From Pocillopora damicornis (lineage: Eukaryota), in the NCBI RefSeq assembly GCF_003704095.1, contig NW_020845583.1, forward strand, positions 186,001 to 250,000: 64,000 bases of DNA. The letters are read 5' to 3'. This document shows, in pieces, positions 37,551-49,475 of this stretch. A program made the position numbers and the translations under genes. The notes beneath the pieces were generated by a model that made no database searches, was not told where the DNA came from, and worked only from the letters and a program-made list of their open reading frames with translations. Each line of letters opens with the position of its first letter. Position 1 is the stretch's first letter.

Positions 37551-40500
37551 TTCTCCTGTCAGAGCCACGATTGCAAACAAATATATGATCTATGAATAGG
37601 GGGTATTTTTCTATTAGCGTGGTCAAGGAAATTAGTGGCAAAGTGACCCTAGGTTTCAAAATAGTATTAATTTCGCCTTTTCTATCTCCTCTTTCTTTTC
37701 ATGAACCACCGCTGAGGCATTTGGTTTTATTCTCACGCCATTGGGAAGCCTATTGTGCAACCTTAAAAGCTCAAAGGAAGTTGGTTTATTTCTCTTAATT
37801 TCAAATCCATTCATAAAGAATGTCTTGAAAAATTGATGATCTTATTAATGATGTGAACGTGGGCAGAATGCGTTTATTTTAGAAGTCCAGTTAAACGCTG
37901 ACAAGATTCTCGGTCGCAAAATTTCTTCCTCATTGGCTCAGGAAATGACTATTTGTGATACACAAAAGCAGATAAGGATTTTTTTTCTTGATTGGTTATG
38001 GCCACAGCACCTCTAACCCTTTTTGACAAGGTCCTCTAAATTCCATAGATATTGCAGTCATTTTGTCAAGCTCTCGAGTTTATTTACTTAGCTCTGACGT
38101 GATCATAACTTTTCTACAAGTTAATCTTTATTACATCCTGATATAATTCGACCCCAATGCAGGCGAATTTTTCTTGATTATATCCTCCGTACAATCGCCC
38201 CCCCACCGGTAACACATAAAAATTTCACAAGCTGCTTTAGTTATCCTCGGATTTGATCTTTTGTTCCGTTTATTAACCGATCCACACTCTACACTGTCTT
38301 AATTAAAAGAATCAGCGCCATGGCGCCGAGCGGGTGAACCCAAACCAACACACGACCATAGAAAGGCAAGACAATCAGATCTGAGCAACAATAAGCTATC
38401 ACAAAAACTGAATCGCACGGGCTGATATGTTTATTTATACACCGACATCATAAGATCGGGAAGTCGTTAAATTCCCATGTCTTAGCCCAGCTGGGAATAT
38501 GTATGTCGCGCTCATTAGAAATTTTCAACGCGCTTCGTACAAGCTGTATTACAGGGCGGTTCAGGTCAGGTTAATTCATTTACAAGTGTCGGTGGAAGTC
38601 AAAGAAAACAGTCCAATAGAGACAATACGGAAATTAGACCTCAGGAGATCCGTGACAAAGAAGGACAAATGAATATCACAGCTCACTGTAAGAAAACTTG
38701 CTGACTCTTCTATTGGGAAAACTCCCCGCAAAGCGCTAAGAAACAAGTGCTGCCGGGTGAACGCATAAACTTTGTGCGGTAAAAGTCTTGTCAAAATATA
38801 CTTTTATCGAATGATAAGCGAGTTGTTAGATTCTAGTGCATCAGTTGAGAAATCTGCGATTTCAAGGGTGACAAGGAAGAATAAAGAAGATTCTTTAAAT
38901 ATTTGTGGTAAATAAATGGCTGAGTATAAACGAAGAATTATTCCCTTTTTCTTTTTGTCGAGAATGATTGTTCAAAGTTAAAAAACTTCACATTGCTCGG
39001 AAAAATTAACCCTTTTTTCCCTCTGATGTGTTCCATTATCAAGGAAAGTAAATTGTCATTAGTACATCAGAGAAACTTTGAGTTGAGGAAAGAAAGAAGT
39101 CAAGTTCATTTTATCAGTGATTATAATTAAAAAGGATTTTTTTCTATCAAGTAAATGCATCAGTCAAAGGTAAATGACTCAATAAACAAATAATTTTTTT
39201 CTCAGAGAATCTTCTGGATTCGGAAATCCTTGCACGATATCAGCCTGACGACAGGGCTATAAAAAAATCTGGAAAGTAAATTTCCGCCTCATATACGTCA
39301 GTAAGACTGGGTTTATTCAACCAAAAAAGAAAATATCTGTAAACATCGATTGTGTTCGAGATGACTACAAATCAACCACAACAAACAGGCCTATTGTTAC
39401 CCAAGCAGGTGCAACGATAACGAACAAGATCGGTTTGGCGATAATCTCTTAAACAATGTACCAAGTAATACAGGAGTCTTCTTTACTGAAGAAAAACTTT
39501 CTTTGTTTATGCCAAATAAAGACTATTTTGTCGGAAGACTTAGAGACGAGCGAAGCACTAAAAGCAAAACATAGCTTGAAAGGTAAAACCTGAGGGTTTG
39601 TTTTCGCCAATTGTGGCTTGCTCAAGGAGACTTAATCAAAAAGCACTAGCGAGTTGTCAAACGAGAATTGTTTTGATCTGAGAAAGAGCCAAACATTTTT
39701 GTGATTACGAATCAGGGATAAATATCGCCTTTCGACGAGACAAAATCAAACCGCATTAGAAAATTGCTTTATTGAGAATTTTTTTTCAACATATTTCTAA
39801 TAAATTATTTATCAGTGATATGAATTAAATCGCAAAGTTTCGTGGGGAAATGTGTGGGAAGGTAAAGGTCTCTATACAGTGAACTTGTAAGATTTACAAA
39901 AAAACCTACCCTAACGTTGTCCTCTTTAATCATAGACCATTACGATCAGAATTGATATCAACATTTTTGGTTGAAAGCTTTTTTAACACCAACGCTTACA
40001 AAATTAATGAATTTCTTTTTATTTCATCAAGAATAAATTTAAAATTGAAGGAAAGAATGACTACATTCAAGGTTTGAAAGTTGTGTTGTCGCATAAAATA
40101 CGACTCAAATTTTTCCGGTTTCTTCGATGAAATTCTTAGTGACTGATTTACGATTTCTTTCCTAGTTCCTTCTCCTTGCCTTTGATTTCGTTGGGATGTG
40201 ACTCTCAGTTCAATCTCACCAATATTATTACTACGCTTCTCAATAGTAGTGCTTAGGTTCAGTCTTTGGTTGGTGTAGGTACTGTAAATATTCAGTACTC
40301 GTGTCGTGTTTTTTGCGAGGGTATTTTCAATAAAACAGTTTAAGATCAAAACAGTCAAATATATATTGAAATAAATCTCTCACATCGCTACTATTTGGCT
40401 TAAGTTGAAATAAGTGTTTTTTTCATGAAAGTTCTAACAAAGAAAATAAAAACATTTTAAATTCAGAAAGCAGGCTATTGCTATGTTACCTACTTGGAAA

Positions 40501-40849
40501 AGAAATAGCTTACTTTCTGGCAGGTTTGAATTTTGACCATATAAACTAATTTTTCTGCCCTATCTAATTGTGGCTTTAACTCCCAATACTTTTCAAACGA
40601 GATTTCAATTTTCTATGTTTTTTTTCTTCAAAGAAAATATCAAGTTTATTGCCCTACAGGAAATATTTTATTTCAATTCTTGTTTCACTTACCAAATTAG
40701 TTGCACTGTCCACTCAGCAAAGGGCAACCAGAGATTTACTCGTAACAAATTTCAGTCCTCCTTCAAAAAGTGCTTGGCCTTTGTAGTCAAGGAACAATAA
40801 CGGCTCAAATGTTACAAAGAGAATCTTAATCGTATTCAAAATACAAATT

Positions 40850-43100
40850 GCTCCTCCCTTGCAACGCTGTGAAGCAAATAGCAGACGTCCTACGAAGTTA
40901 ACTTTTATCTCTCATTTCCTCGATAAGCGATTCCTTAGAATGCCGGCGACACTTCGAAGCTACCGAAAACAACTTGTTAAAATTCTCAGCGAGGGCGAAC
41001 AAAAGGTGCGAGTTTTGCCTTCTTTGCATACTTTATTACTGTCATTCACATGTTGGTTTGCACAGTCAATGTACAGAACGCCAAAAGAATAAGAATATTC
41101 AGCTGCAAATGATGGAGCAATCAAGGCATTGGACAACTTTTTACAATAATAAATCTGCGGTTAAATCAAGGATCAAAAGGTCGCGAATTGAGAATGTTAT
41201 CATTATATCCTTTAAAGAGCACATAATCTACACCACCATCATTTGCGAAATGAGCTGCAGAAATATAGAAAGCTTTGGAACTCATCATAAGCACAACATT
41301 AAGAGTTATGGGGAGCATTTAGTCTTTTTAAGGATATCAACGTACTCTTTAACCATTCTGGATGAGAAGGAAACTGTTTTCGCACCAACTCCCGGGAAGA
41401 ATCCTCAAAGTAATTCTTAGCGGTACTGTTTCCTCATAATAAGATAAAAGAGACAATGACATTAAAGTTAAGAACTTAAAACGGATTTTCGTTAAAAGTC
41501 GTTTTGAATTTGTATGGAAGTGTCACCAGGGAATAAATAGTGAAAGCGATATTAATGAGGGTGATAAGGTTGTATTACACCAGAGCTAAATGTAACTAAC
41601 CCCTTTTGATAAACATCTCTCCTAAGCGGTGATGCGTTTACGAATCCTTTTCCTCTGTCAAGTGTTTTAGGCTTTATCAAATTGAATCACCAAAGCAATG
41701 TTTTTCTAATAATTTGAACTGAATATCGAGAGGGAATAAACCCACGTATAATTTAAGCTCAACTAATTAGAAACATATTCATGTTAAAGTACATTTCTCA
41801 TAAATTTCAGAAGAAAAAATAGTGATAAACTATCAAAATTTTGCTTAGTATATGGATTTAATTTGAATACCAGTATATTTTATTTTTGCATTGCAGTTAT
41901 TTCTAATAGTTATTAAAGCATCTCGGTAGGTCCTTAATTCAATCGATATGACCTAAGTTAGAGTTGCTCTAGGTTTCATTTCGCTTTATCTTACAAAGAG
42001 AAAAATTTATTTTTAATCTCTTTAGTCGGTATCAGTTTATACGGCATCATATAGAGATAATTTTCGAGAAAAATACCTTAGAGAAAATCATAATAAAATA
42101 ATCATCATTTTGAGGCAACATGCATGATAAGGCTATCCAAAAATGCACTAATTTACGAAAGTGCTCATCAGAACTTTTCATGTAAAGTGGTTTACCCATC
42201 TTCAACTAAATCTTATCTTAGGAAGTCATTAAAATCCCCATCAACGAGATTGTATTTCACGCCCATAACGAATGGACTGCCGTCAACAACTGGTAAGTAT
42301 GAAGAAAAATTCGACGCATGGTCCATTTTTTTAGAAGAGTTGAAGATATTGAGTTTTACTGTGTTGTAAAGATAATCTTATAAACTTTTCTAAATAATGC
42401 AGTCGCTTGTGCTGTTTCGCCCTATTTTCAAGCGGGTCTCTAATTGAAATTTAGCAAGAGGAAGCTGTAAATTTATATAATTAATCAGAATTTACCGAGG
42501 TGTTTGCATATTGTCTTTAAAATCCTCGTCTACTATATTTAGCCCATACAGCGATTGATAACAGAAATTCCGGAAGGGCTTACTTCAGCTAATCTGGCCT
42601 TTTCCTATGTAATAAGACTAACAGAAGTACCTATTAAGTGCTTCAAAATGGAAACTGACATTAGCCAAACTAGCGGCTCTCTTCTAATTAATACCGAGTA
42701 ACGAAAGGATTTACACCTCTTTACCAGCAATTTCTTTGCATTTGGAGGCCATCAAAAGCTGCTTTCATGGCACCTACAAATAGGCCGGTGAAAAATGACA
42801 TCAAAATGGCTCACAAAATTTACCAAATTGAACTCTACAAGAGCAGGTCCTTTCTCGAATGAGAAAGAGGGGGATACGAAAGTTCTTTAAGCCGCTAGCT
42901 TGTTTGTTTGTAGATGAAAAAAGACCCTTGCAACTTCGGCAATCATAAGCCCTTTCAACAAAAGTGCGTTCCCCGTTCCTTTTATCTATGGTGGGTCTTT
43001 CCGGAACTACAACTGAAGTGCAGTTTCGTTGCACAGACTTTTCATAGTCTTTCCAAGAGAAAGTACTTATCATCTGGCACTAAACTAGATTGTGCTAGTA
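40850..43100 (+). pseudogene. Possible highly decayed ionotropic glutamate receptor relic
   Basis: Stop- and frameshift-ridden fragments in iGluR order: RFLRMPA (ATD-like), YFTPITNGL..KYEEKFDAWSIF (S1-M1 linker-like), SANLAFSYVIRLTEVPIK (SYTANLAAF..PI-like, 42578-42637), MKKDPCNF and GGSFRNY (S2-like). Recognised by eye only. Confidence 0.3.
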
Positions 43101-43761
43101 AAAGAAGCCTATTATGCTAGTGGCATTGCTCAATCATTTTTCAAATGATGCTTAAAATTATGCTCGTTTTTGAAAATTATGCTACTTTTTCTTTAAGTGT
43201 GCTCTACCAAAAAAAAAGAAAAAAGAAACAGTGAAGTCCAAATTATATATTTGTCGTCAATTAAGCATGAAATCCTCTTCATTTTGAGATACATACTTGC
43301 TTTGACAAAACATAATCAACCATTGGATTCCAGACGAGAAGCAGTGACTTGACGTGTCAAAATGTAAGTTTCTCTTCGGCACCATTTTGTTGCCTGTGAA
43401 AGTGGGAACTATAAACGATGCAATCTTCACCACGGATGTGCCCAGTCCTCTAGACTACGAACAATTGTATACTGCGGTAACTCTCTTCTTCCAAGACGTT
43501 GAAAACCTGAAAAAAGACATGAACCGAATTTGAAAATAATCGGTCTTGGAGACAACACAAAACAAACAAACAAGTCATGACTCTGGTAACTTTTTCTTCA
43601 AAATAAGAAAAAATATCCTGATTAGGCTTGCAGTGCTATTTTCATAATAAAAAGGAAAAATTATGCTTGTTTTAACAATTTAGGTCGAAAATTATGATAG
43701 TGCTATGTATAAGGGCCCAACTGACGCATAAAAATTTGTCTGATCCCAACTTACTTGTTAG

Positions 43762-45339
43762 GTGGGTGTGCCCGACAAGAATCCTGAAACGCATATAGTT
43801 GCTATGGAGCTGGATGCAGACTTTGTATTTCTTTTCAGGTTTATTTCAATGTCCTTGTATAACGTGTTGCACGACCATTTTTCTTCAGGGACGACTGCGA
43901 AAGTACAGAAATAAGCTTAAAAATTACTTTTTAATTCCAAACAGTCATATTTCGTATATTTTTTTATCACAACTCTAAGGAGAAATTTTTCCGCCGTTTT
44001 TTTCGTTTTATTCACGTAAGAACTTGCATTCAGTGGAGAAATAATCAAATAAATTTTCACTTAATAGAGTTCAAAAACGTACACGAAATACAAAAAAAAA
44101 TCTTAGCCAAGGAACAGTTGGAAGAGTAATGGTGGATCGCAACACTGCATTTTACTTTTTGGATAAAAACGAAACAGGCAGATCCGAATGATTCATAACA
44201 TCGATTATTCAATGGAATATTGCCTGGCTCACGTGAGTGAACGATTCTGATGACGTAATATTGGATAGAAAATTTGAGCTTTTGACTTGCGAGGAAAGCC
44301 TAAAGGAATTAGTGGATTTGGTTGCAGTTGCTAAAGACACTGCCAAAGAGCAACTTATCCCTGCCGAATTACAGGTAGTTAATAGTTTTTTGTGAATTTT
44401 ATATATTTCACCACGCAACATTCTGCTCGTCATGTCAGACATTTATTCCGATGCAATTAACAGTTTTTAAATTGTTTATTTCTTGTAGACAGCGGATTTG
44501 TCCAGTGAAATGGAAGGGTTATTCTTCACTGGCTCACAAATGACCAAATTTACTTTATTTGCCTTATTGGGAATATTTGTCTTCCTATTAGTCATCGGCA
44601 AACTATGGGAAGTCTACACCAACTGTAAGCCAACGGTACGCAAGAAGAGAAAAGGTAACTGAAAGTAGGACCTGAAAAAAACTCAGGCTCGTACGGTTGG
44701 TAGAGCGCTGCACCGGTTTCGCAGAGCTCATGGGTTCAAATCCCGTACGGGCCTGAATTTTCTCAGGTCCTATTTATAACTACTCGTTTCAGTAGTGTTC
44801 TTAGCTGCGAGGATCTCTTAATTTCATTTCTTCACCGCAGTGCAAATATATAATTTCATATATCTAAAATCATCATTCATTACTTGGATGGTTTATTTGG
44901 ACCCAACACAGAGGTCATGGGTTCAATACTTATAAGGCAGTCGGTCTGTCAATCAAATAATAAGTAATTATGTCAGTCCGTTTGTCGGTGAGAAAATAGT
45001 AATTCATTCAAACGATTAATGACCGAATCAAATATCAACTATTTGTGTACTGACAAACGGAAAGACTGAAGTAATATGTTCAAGGATTAATTTTGTGGTT
45101 CATTTCTTAAAATGTCCTCTTCGATCCTTTTAGGACTGATTCCTCGCAGCAGGAAGATGTCCATGATGCGACTCAAAGACATAACGTCTGATCTACAAAA
45201 GTTGAAAGAGGAATTTGAAAGTGCCATGAACGGTTTGTCTCCTGTAGGCATTCCTGAATACTCAAGACCAAAAGAACGCTCATTTTTTATTATGCTTGAT
45301 CAGAAAGGAAAGAGTGAAAATACTGAAACAAAACTATAA
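43762..45339 (+). pseudogene. GluR0-like channel paralog copy 1; only the 3-prime exons found (43762-~43828, 44068-44374, 44489-44654, 45134-45339), frameshifted
   Basis: Exon-by-exon homology to copy 2: VGVPDKNPETHIVAMELDAD, GRVMVDRNTAFYFLDK, RQIRMIHNIDY, LIPAELQ, M4 helix, SDLQKLKEEF. About three frameshifts in 44068-44374 and the donor near 43828 appears lost. No S1 or pore exons found upstream. Confidence 0.8.
44690..44930 (+). repeat. tRNA-Thr-like repeat, second copy
   Basis: gttggtagagcgctgcaccggtttcgcaga...gggttcaaatcccgtac, similar to 5275-5340. Confidence 0.65.
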
Positions 45340-47056
45340 CTCGCTGAAAAAATTTGTCATAAATAGATTCAGATAGCATTTTACTCTTCTGAGATTTCCA
45401 TGGCCAGTGGCATATTTTTAGCTTGAGCAAAAAGAAAAGGTGAATGTGTCACACTGAGTAGGACACGTAACTGACTTATTCTTTTTCATTACGAATTGTA
45501 TTGAATTGTTTTCCTTCCTTATTCCTATTCCCTGTTTAATTTATTTACTTCAGTTTTTAGGCCAACAAACCAATACGTCGTTTTCAGAGAAAGGTAGCAA
45601 GTTAACCAAGAAGGTTTATAAATTTTTCTCATTCCATTGCAATCAGCTTTGGCCGTCTATTGATGAAATAGATTGCACAGTTAACTACAGACTCTACCTC
45701 GTCCGTGCTGACGGATGAACAGAATCGAGGGTTAAGAATAATTACTTTGGTATTAGCTTGCTTAAAGCTTAGACGTTAGATCAAATAGTGTCCACAGAGT
45801 ATTATTTTAGGGACCTTACTCGCACATTACATGATTGGTTCCCTTGACTAAGAATTTTTAGGCTCGCTCTTGTACCATGGAAAAATAGATCGTGTCGCGG
45901 CAAGCAACTACAGGAATGGGAGTCTAATGGGCTGGCAAATTAGAAAAAAAAAAAGATGACGAATCTTGAATCTCGGCTAAAAAATTAGTTACAAGAAAAG
46001 AAGATTTAGTTTAGTCTAACGTTTTGGTTATAGTTCAGTCTTATTCGTTCATTTTTTGAAAGGATTAAGCAAAATGTGACGTCTCAGACTTATAGGAAAT
46101 GAAAAATGAAACGCATGCATAACCTTGAACGTTTCGATCAAAAAGTTACTTCTGCAATATTACGTCTAAAAAATTGAATCAGGATGTTTAAATTCTCTGC
46201 TAGGGGCTTCTGTAAGCCCCCAAGTTTTCCGTGTCTGTATTTGCATAAGCTTGAGTTTCTGGATGACGAGACAATATGTATACCTACCTTATAGAGAATG
46301 GATAATCTTCACCGTATAAGTGGTGTAAGGACTCTTTAATGAAGAATTAAGATATTGTAAAACCATAGAATATTAGGGAAAATTTTGCATAAAGTCTTTT
46401 AGTTTAGTCATTCACGGCCTTAGTTTGGAAACTAGGTAGACTTCTTCCCAAACCCTCACCCCTGTGAGTCCTATTTCAACTAATTGTAAATAAACTGATG
46501 TTTTTTAAATTTCATGTTTGTTAAGGTAACTGGATTCTGGCAAATTTTCATGAAAATCCGATAAATCTATATACCCTGTAAATTCGTTTTAGTAGAGGTA
46601 ACTTGCATAAAAACAAGCCTCGAGTTTTCGTTCTCCAAAGAAATTCACATTTTTCGCATGTCATTGCGGTCAAACCGCCGACCAATGGAACGCGATATCG
46701 ACCCCCTGTTATGTCTCCAGAAGAAAAACTCCGAAATTCACGGGAAAGGTAATTTCGCGAAACGGGGAAAACGAATTTTCGATAGTTCAACGAAGTCCTA
46801 ATGTTCATCCTCAACTGAAGAACATGAAGAAAATTGAGTAAAGCAAGCAAAAGAAAAAAAAATTTGCCTTCTGTTTTCTCGGCCTGGGCTCTCTCACGAC
46901 GATTCTTTTTTTGATGAGGAATGTGATTTGTTAACGTGTTGCGAAATATTACAGAAATTCCCCTTCGTTGTGTGGTGCAAGACGTGATTCAAACAAAATA
47001 TGCAAATAAAAATCCCAGATGAAACCCCGCGGAAAACGTTAACACTGTGCTAACTA

Positions 47057-47266
47057 ACACCCTTTAACTCCCACGATCTCATTAGCAATTCTCCTCACTG
47101 TCTGCCACGTAAATCTTGTGATATTAGTTCGGAGCACTTGGTATTGGATCGACTAATAATCCACTAATTTATATTTTTCTTTATTGTCATTACTTGTCTG
47201 CTTGATTTTGTATTGATAATGTAAGGTGAAATTCTGTCTTGGTTACCCATGGGAGTTAAAGAGTTA
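47057..47266. mobile_element. About 200-bp MITE family with (tt)aacccttt...aaagggtt(aa) termini (piggyBac-like)
   Basis: Related copies at about 1-82, 121-320, 1355-1563, 1993-2200, 2797-3004, 4925-5455 (interrupted), 11739-11940, 14735-14930, 54642-54740 and 59543-59752 share attctcc...ggagaattt...tgtaaggagaaatt cores. Confidence 0.7.
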
Positions 47267-49475
47267 TGACATTCTCTCAGCCATATCTCCCTATTTTCAA
47301 GATTCTGTAATTTTTATTTCCCCAAAAAATCAGACATGACTTCTTTCTTTGACTAAAGAGCGAAAAAACGAAATTCTAATAGTTTTGACCAGATTTTGTT
47401 GATAGTAAGCTTAATATTCGTTTATAATTTTAGTGGAAGTTACGGGTTCTTAGCCCTGACCCAAAAGAAAAGTTAAAAGGAGTTAAGATGAGTGGATAAG
47501 GCCTTAAGAATAATAAATAAATAGATTTACAATTCAAGAGAGTCAAAATCATTTTAGTGGTTAACCAAAAATACCTGAAACAATGGACCAATGAATGATG
47601 GCCATATTTCGTAATCGGCAGCTGCACCCCGTGAGCTGTGAGACTCTTGTTGACTTACAATTGTTCAGCGATCCTTGTCTTTTGTTGAAAGGGAGATTAA
47701 ATTTCACTGCGTTTGATATTTCACACATGTACTTCAGCAAATATATAACTCTTTTACAACTGCAGTAAGTCAAGGTAAGTGGAATCTGGAGCCTTCCTGC
47801 TTTCGATCCCGCGCTCGATCAACACTTCTGGTGATTGAGTCACTATTTTTCAGAGATAATAGTCCGTGCTTTTTATATAAAATGACACAACATATCTTTT
47901 TAAAGAAAGAATATAATGCAAAATTTCTATAGATTTCTTCCCTGTGAAATCCTCAGAGGATTATTACAAATGCACATAAAGAAAAATACAAATATATGCG
48001 TTTGCCTGAAAATCTCGCTACGAATATTTTGAAAATACTTTCAGTACAGTCCTCCGGCACTTCAAGACAGCATAAACATTTTTCCTTTTTTGGTTCCTTT
48101 TTGCAAATTTTTGGTGTTTGCCACTGGTTAAAAAAAGCATCACATTTTTCTATCGCAGCACTGTTAGTAAGCAAAGTTTCATTTATACCAGGAATACAAA
48201 CAATTTATTACCTTTTCCGTTCGTTTTGGCTGTTCGTTATCTTACTCAAGCGATAGTCATTGCTTGTATTCTCAGCAGGACTGCAAATTTGTTTTTCTCG
48301 TATTTTTTACCCAAGCGACGATAAGAGGTGTCAGCAAATTGTAGTCATAATCATTTCAATAAAAATACCAGCCGGCCAGCCGCCATTAGCGCTAAAATAT
48401 ATGTTCTAATGGATCATGTTCCTAACTCTTTAAGATAAAATCTTCGTTCACAGCCGGTATCGTCTTAATTTGCTAGTGAAGGTTTTAATTAACTTGGATT
48501 CGACTCTCCTGTTTTCTGCGTCCAGTGCGAAGTTTTCCCACCTTCAAGCTCTCTTTTCGCATGATTTATGCCGATAGCAGGATTTGGAGGTGAGTATAAC
48601 GTTGCATTATTTAAGACCTGAAATTTTTTCCAGCCATTTTATGCTGTATTTTATTCTTACACTGACCGAACTCCTCGGAATAGACGACTACGAACAAAAT
48701 TTCCACATTCGTTCTTGAGTTGTTCAATTAACATGCAGCATGCAACAATGTTTCGGTCTTTTTTCCTTTTCAAAAAGGTACGTGTTTCCTCGAAATATTG
48801 TATCGTCATCATGGCAATTTATTCATACAATTTCTTTATTGTTTGCAGAAACAATCCTCGTCGAACTTTTGTGAAAAATTGTTTCCAAATTTCTTGAGCT
48901 TTGTCCATTTTATTTGCTCATCCCTCGTGCTTTACGTAGAAATGGCCACATCCCTACCAGTTAAGTCCTGGTGTGAATATTTCGCTTCGATTCAACACTC
49001 CCTTTAAAGACGGTTTTGTTGTGGTAATTTTAATTACACGCTGTAGGGTTGAATTTGCACCTGCCTCCAAGCAAAATAAACCGCTATCCCCGATTTGCAT
49101 TCGTTTACATTACGTTCATGAGGGTATTTTTTCTGCGGCTCATTACTTTTTCTTAACTTGCCGACTTCACTAGTTTCGGTTGCTCAAAAAGAGTAAAAAA
49201 AACAACAGTGAAAAAAAGAAAGCCACTTCCGATTTGCCATTCTCAGGAAACGTGGAAGCAATTTTTGAACTGAAATTTTTCACTAAAAGATGGAACTCTG
49301 AATAATTTATAAACCGGGTAAGAATTTAATAGATCATAAATATTTTAATTGAAAAGAAAACTTTGGAATAAACTAATTCATGAACAACGTAGAAAGCTGT
49401 TTCTTTTCATCTTCGTCTCTGGTTCGGGGACAATTTAAACTTTGACGATAAATTTCTTATTCCGCAGAATTCAAT

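Noticed and set aside
43290-43507. Minus-strand exon-like segment with good splice sites
   Set aside because: Stops in all three frames, and it lies within a probable degenerate non-autonomous element (about 43080-43720).
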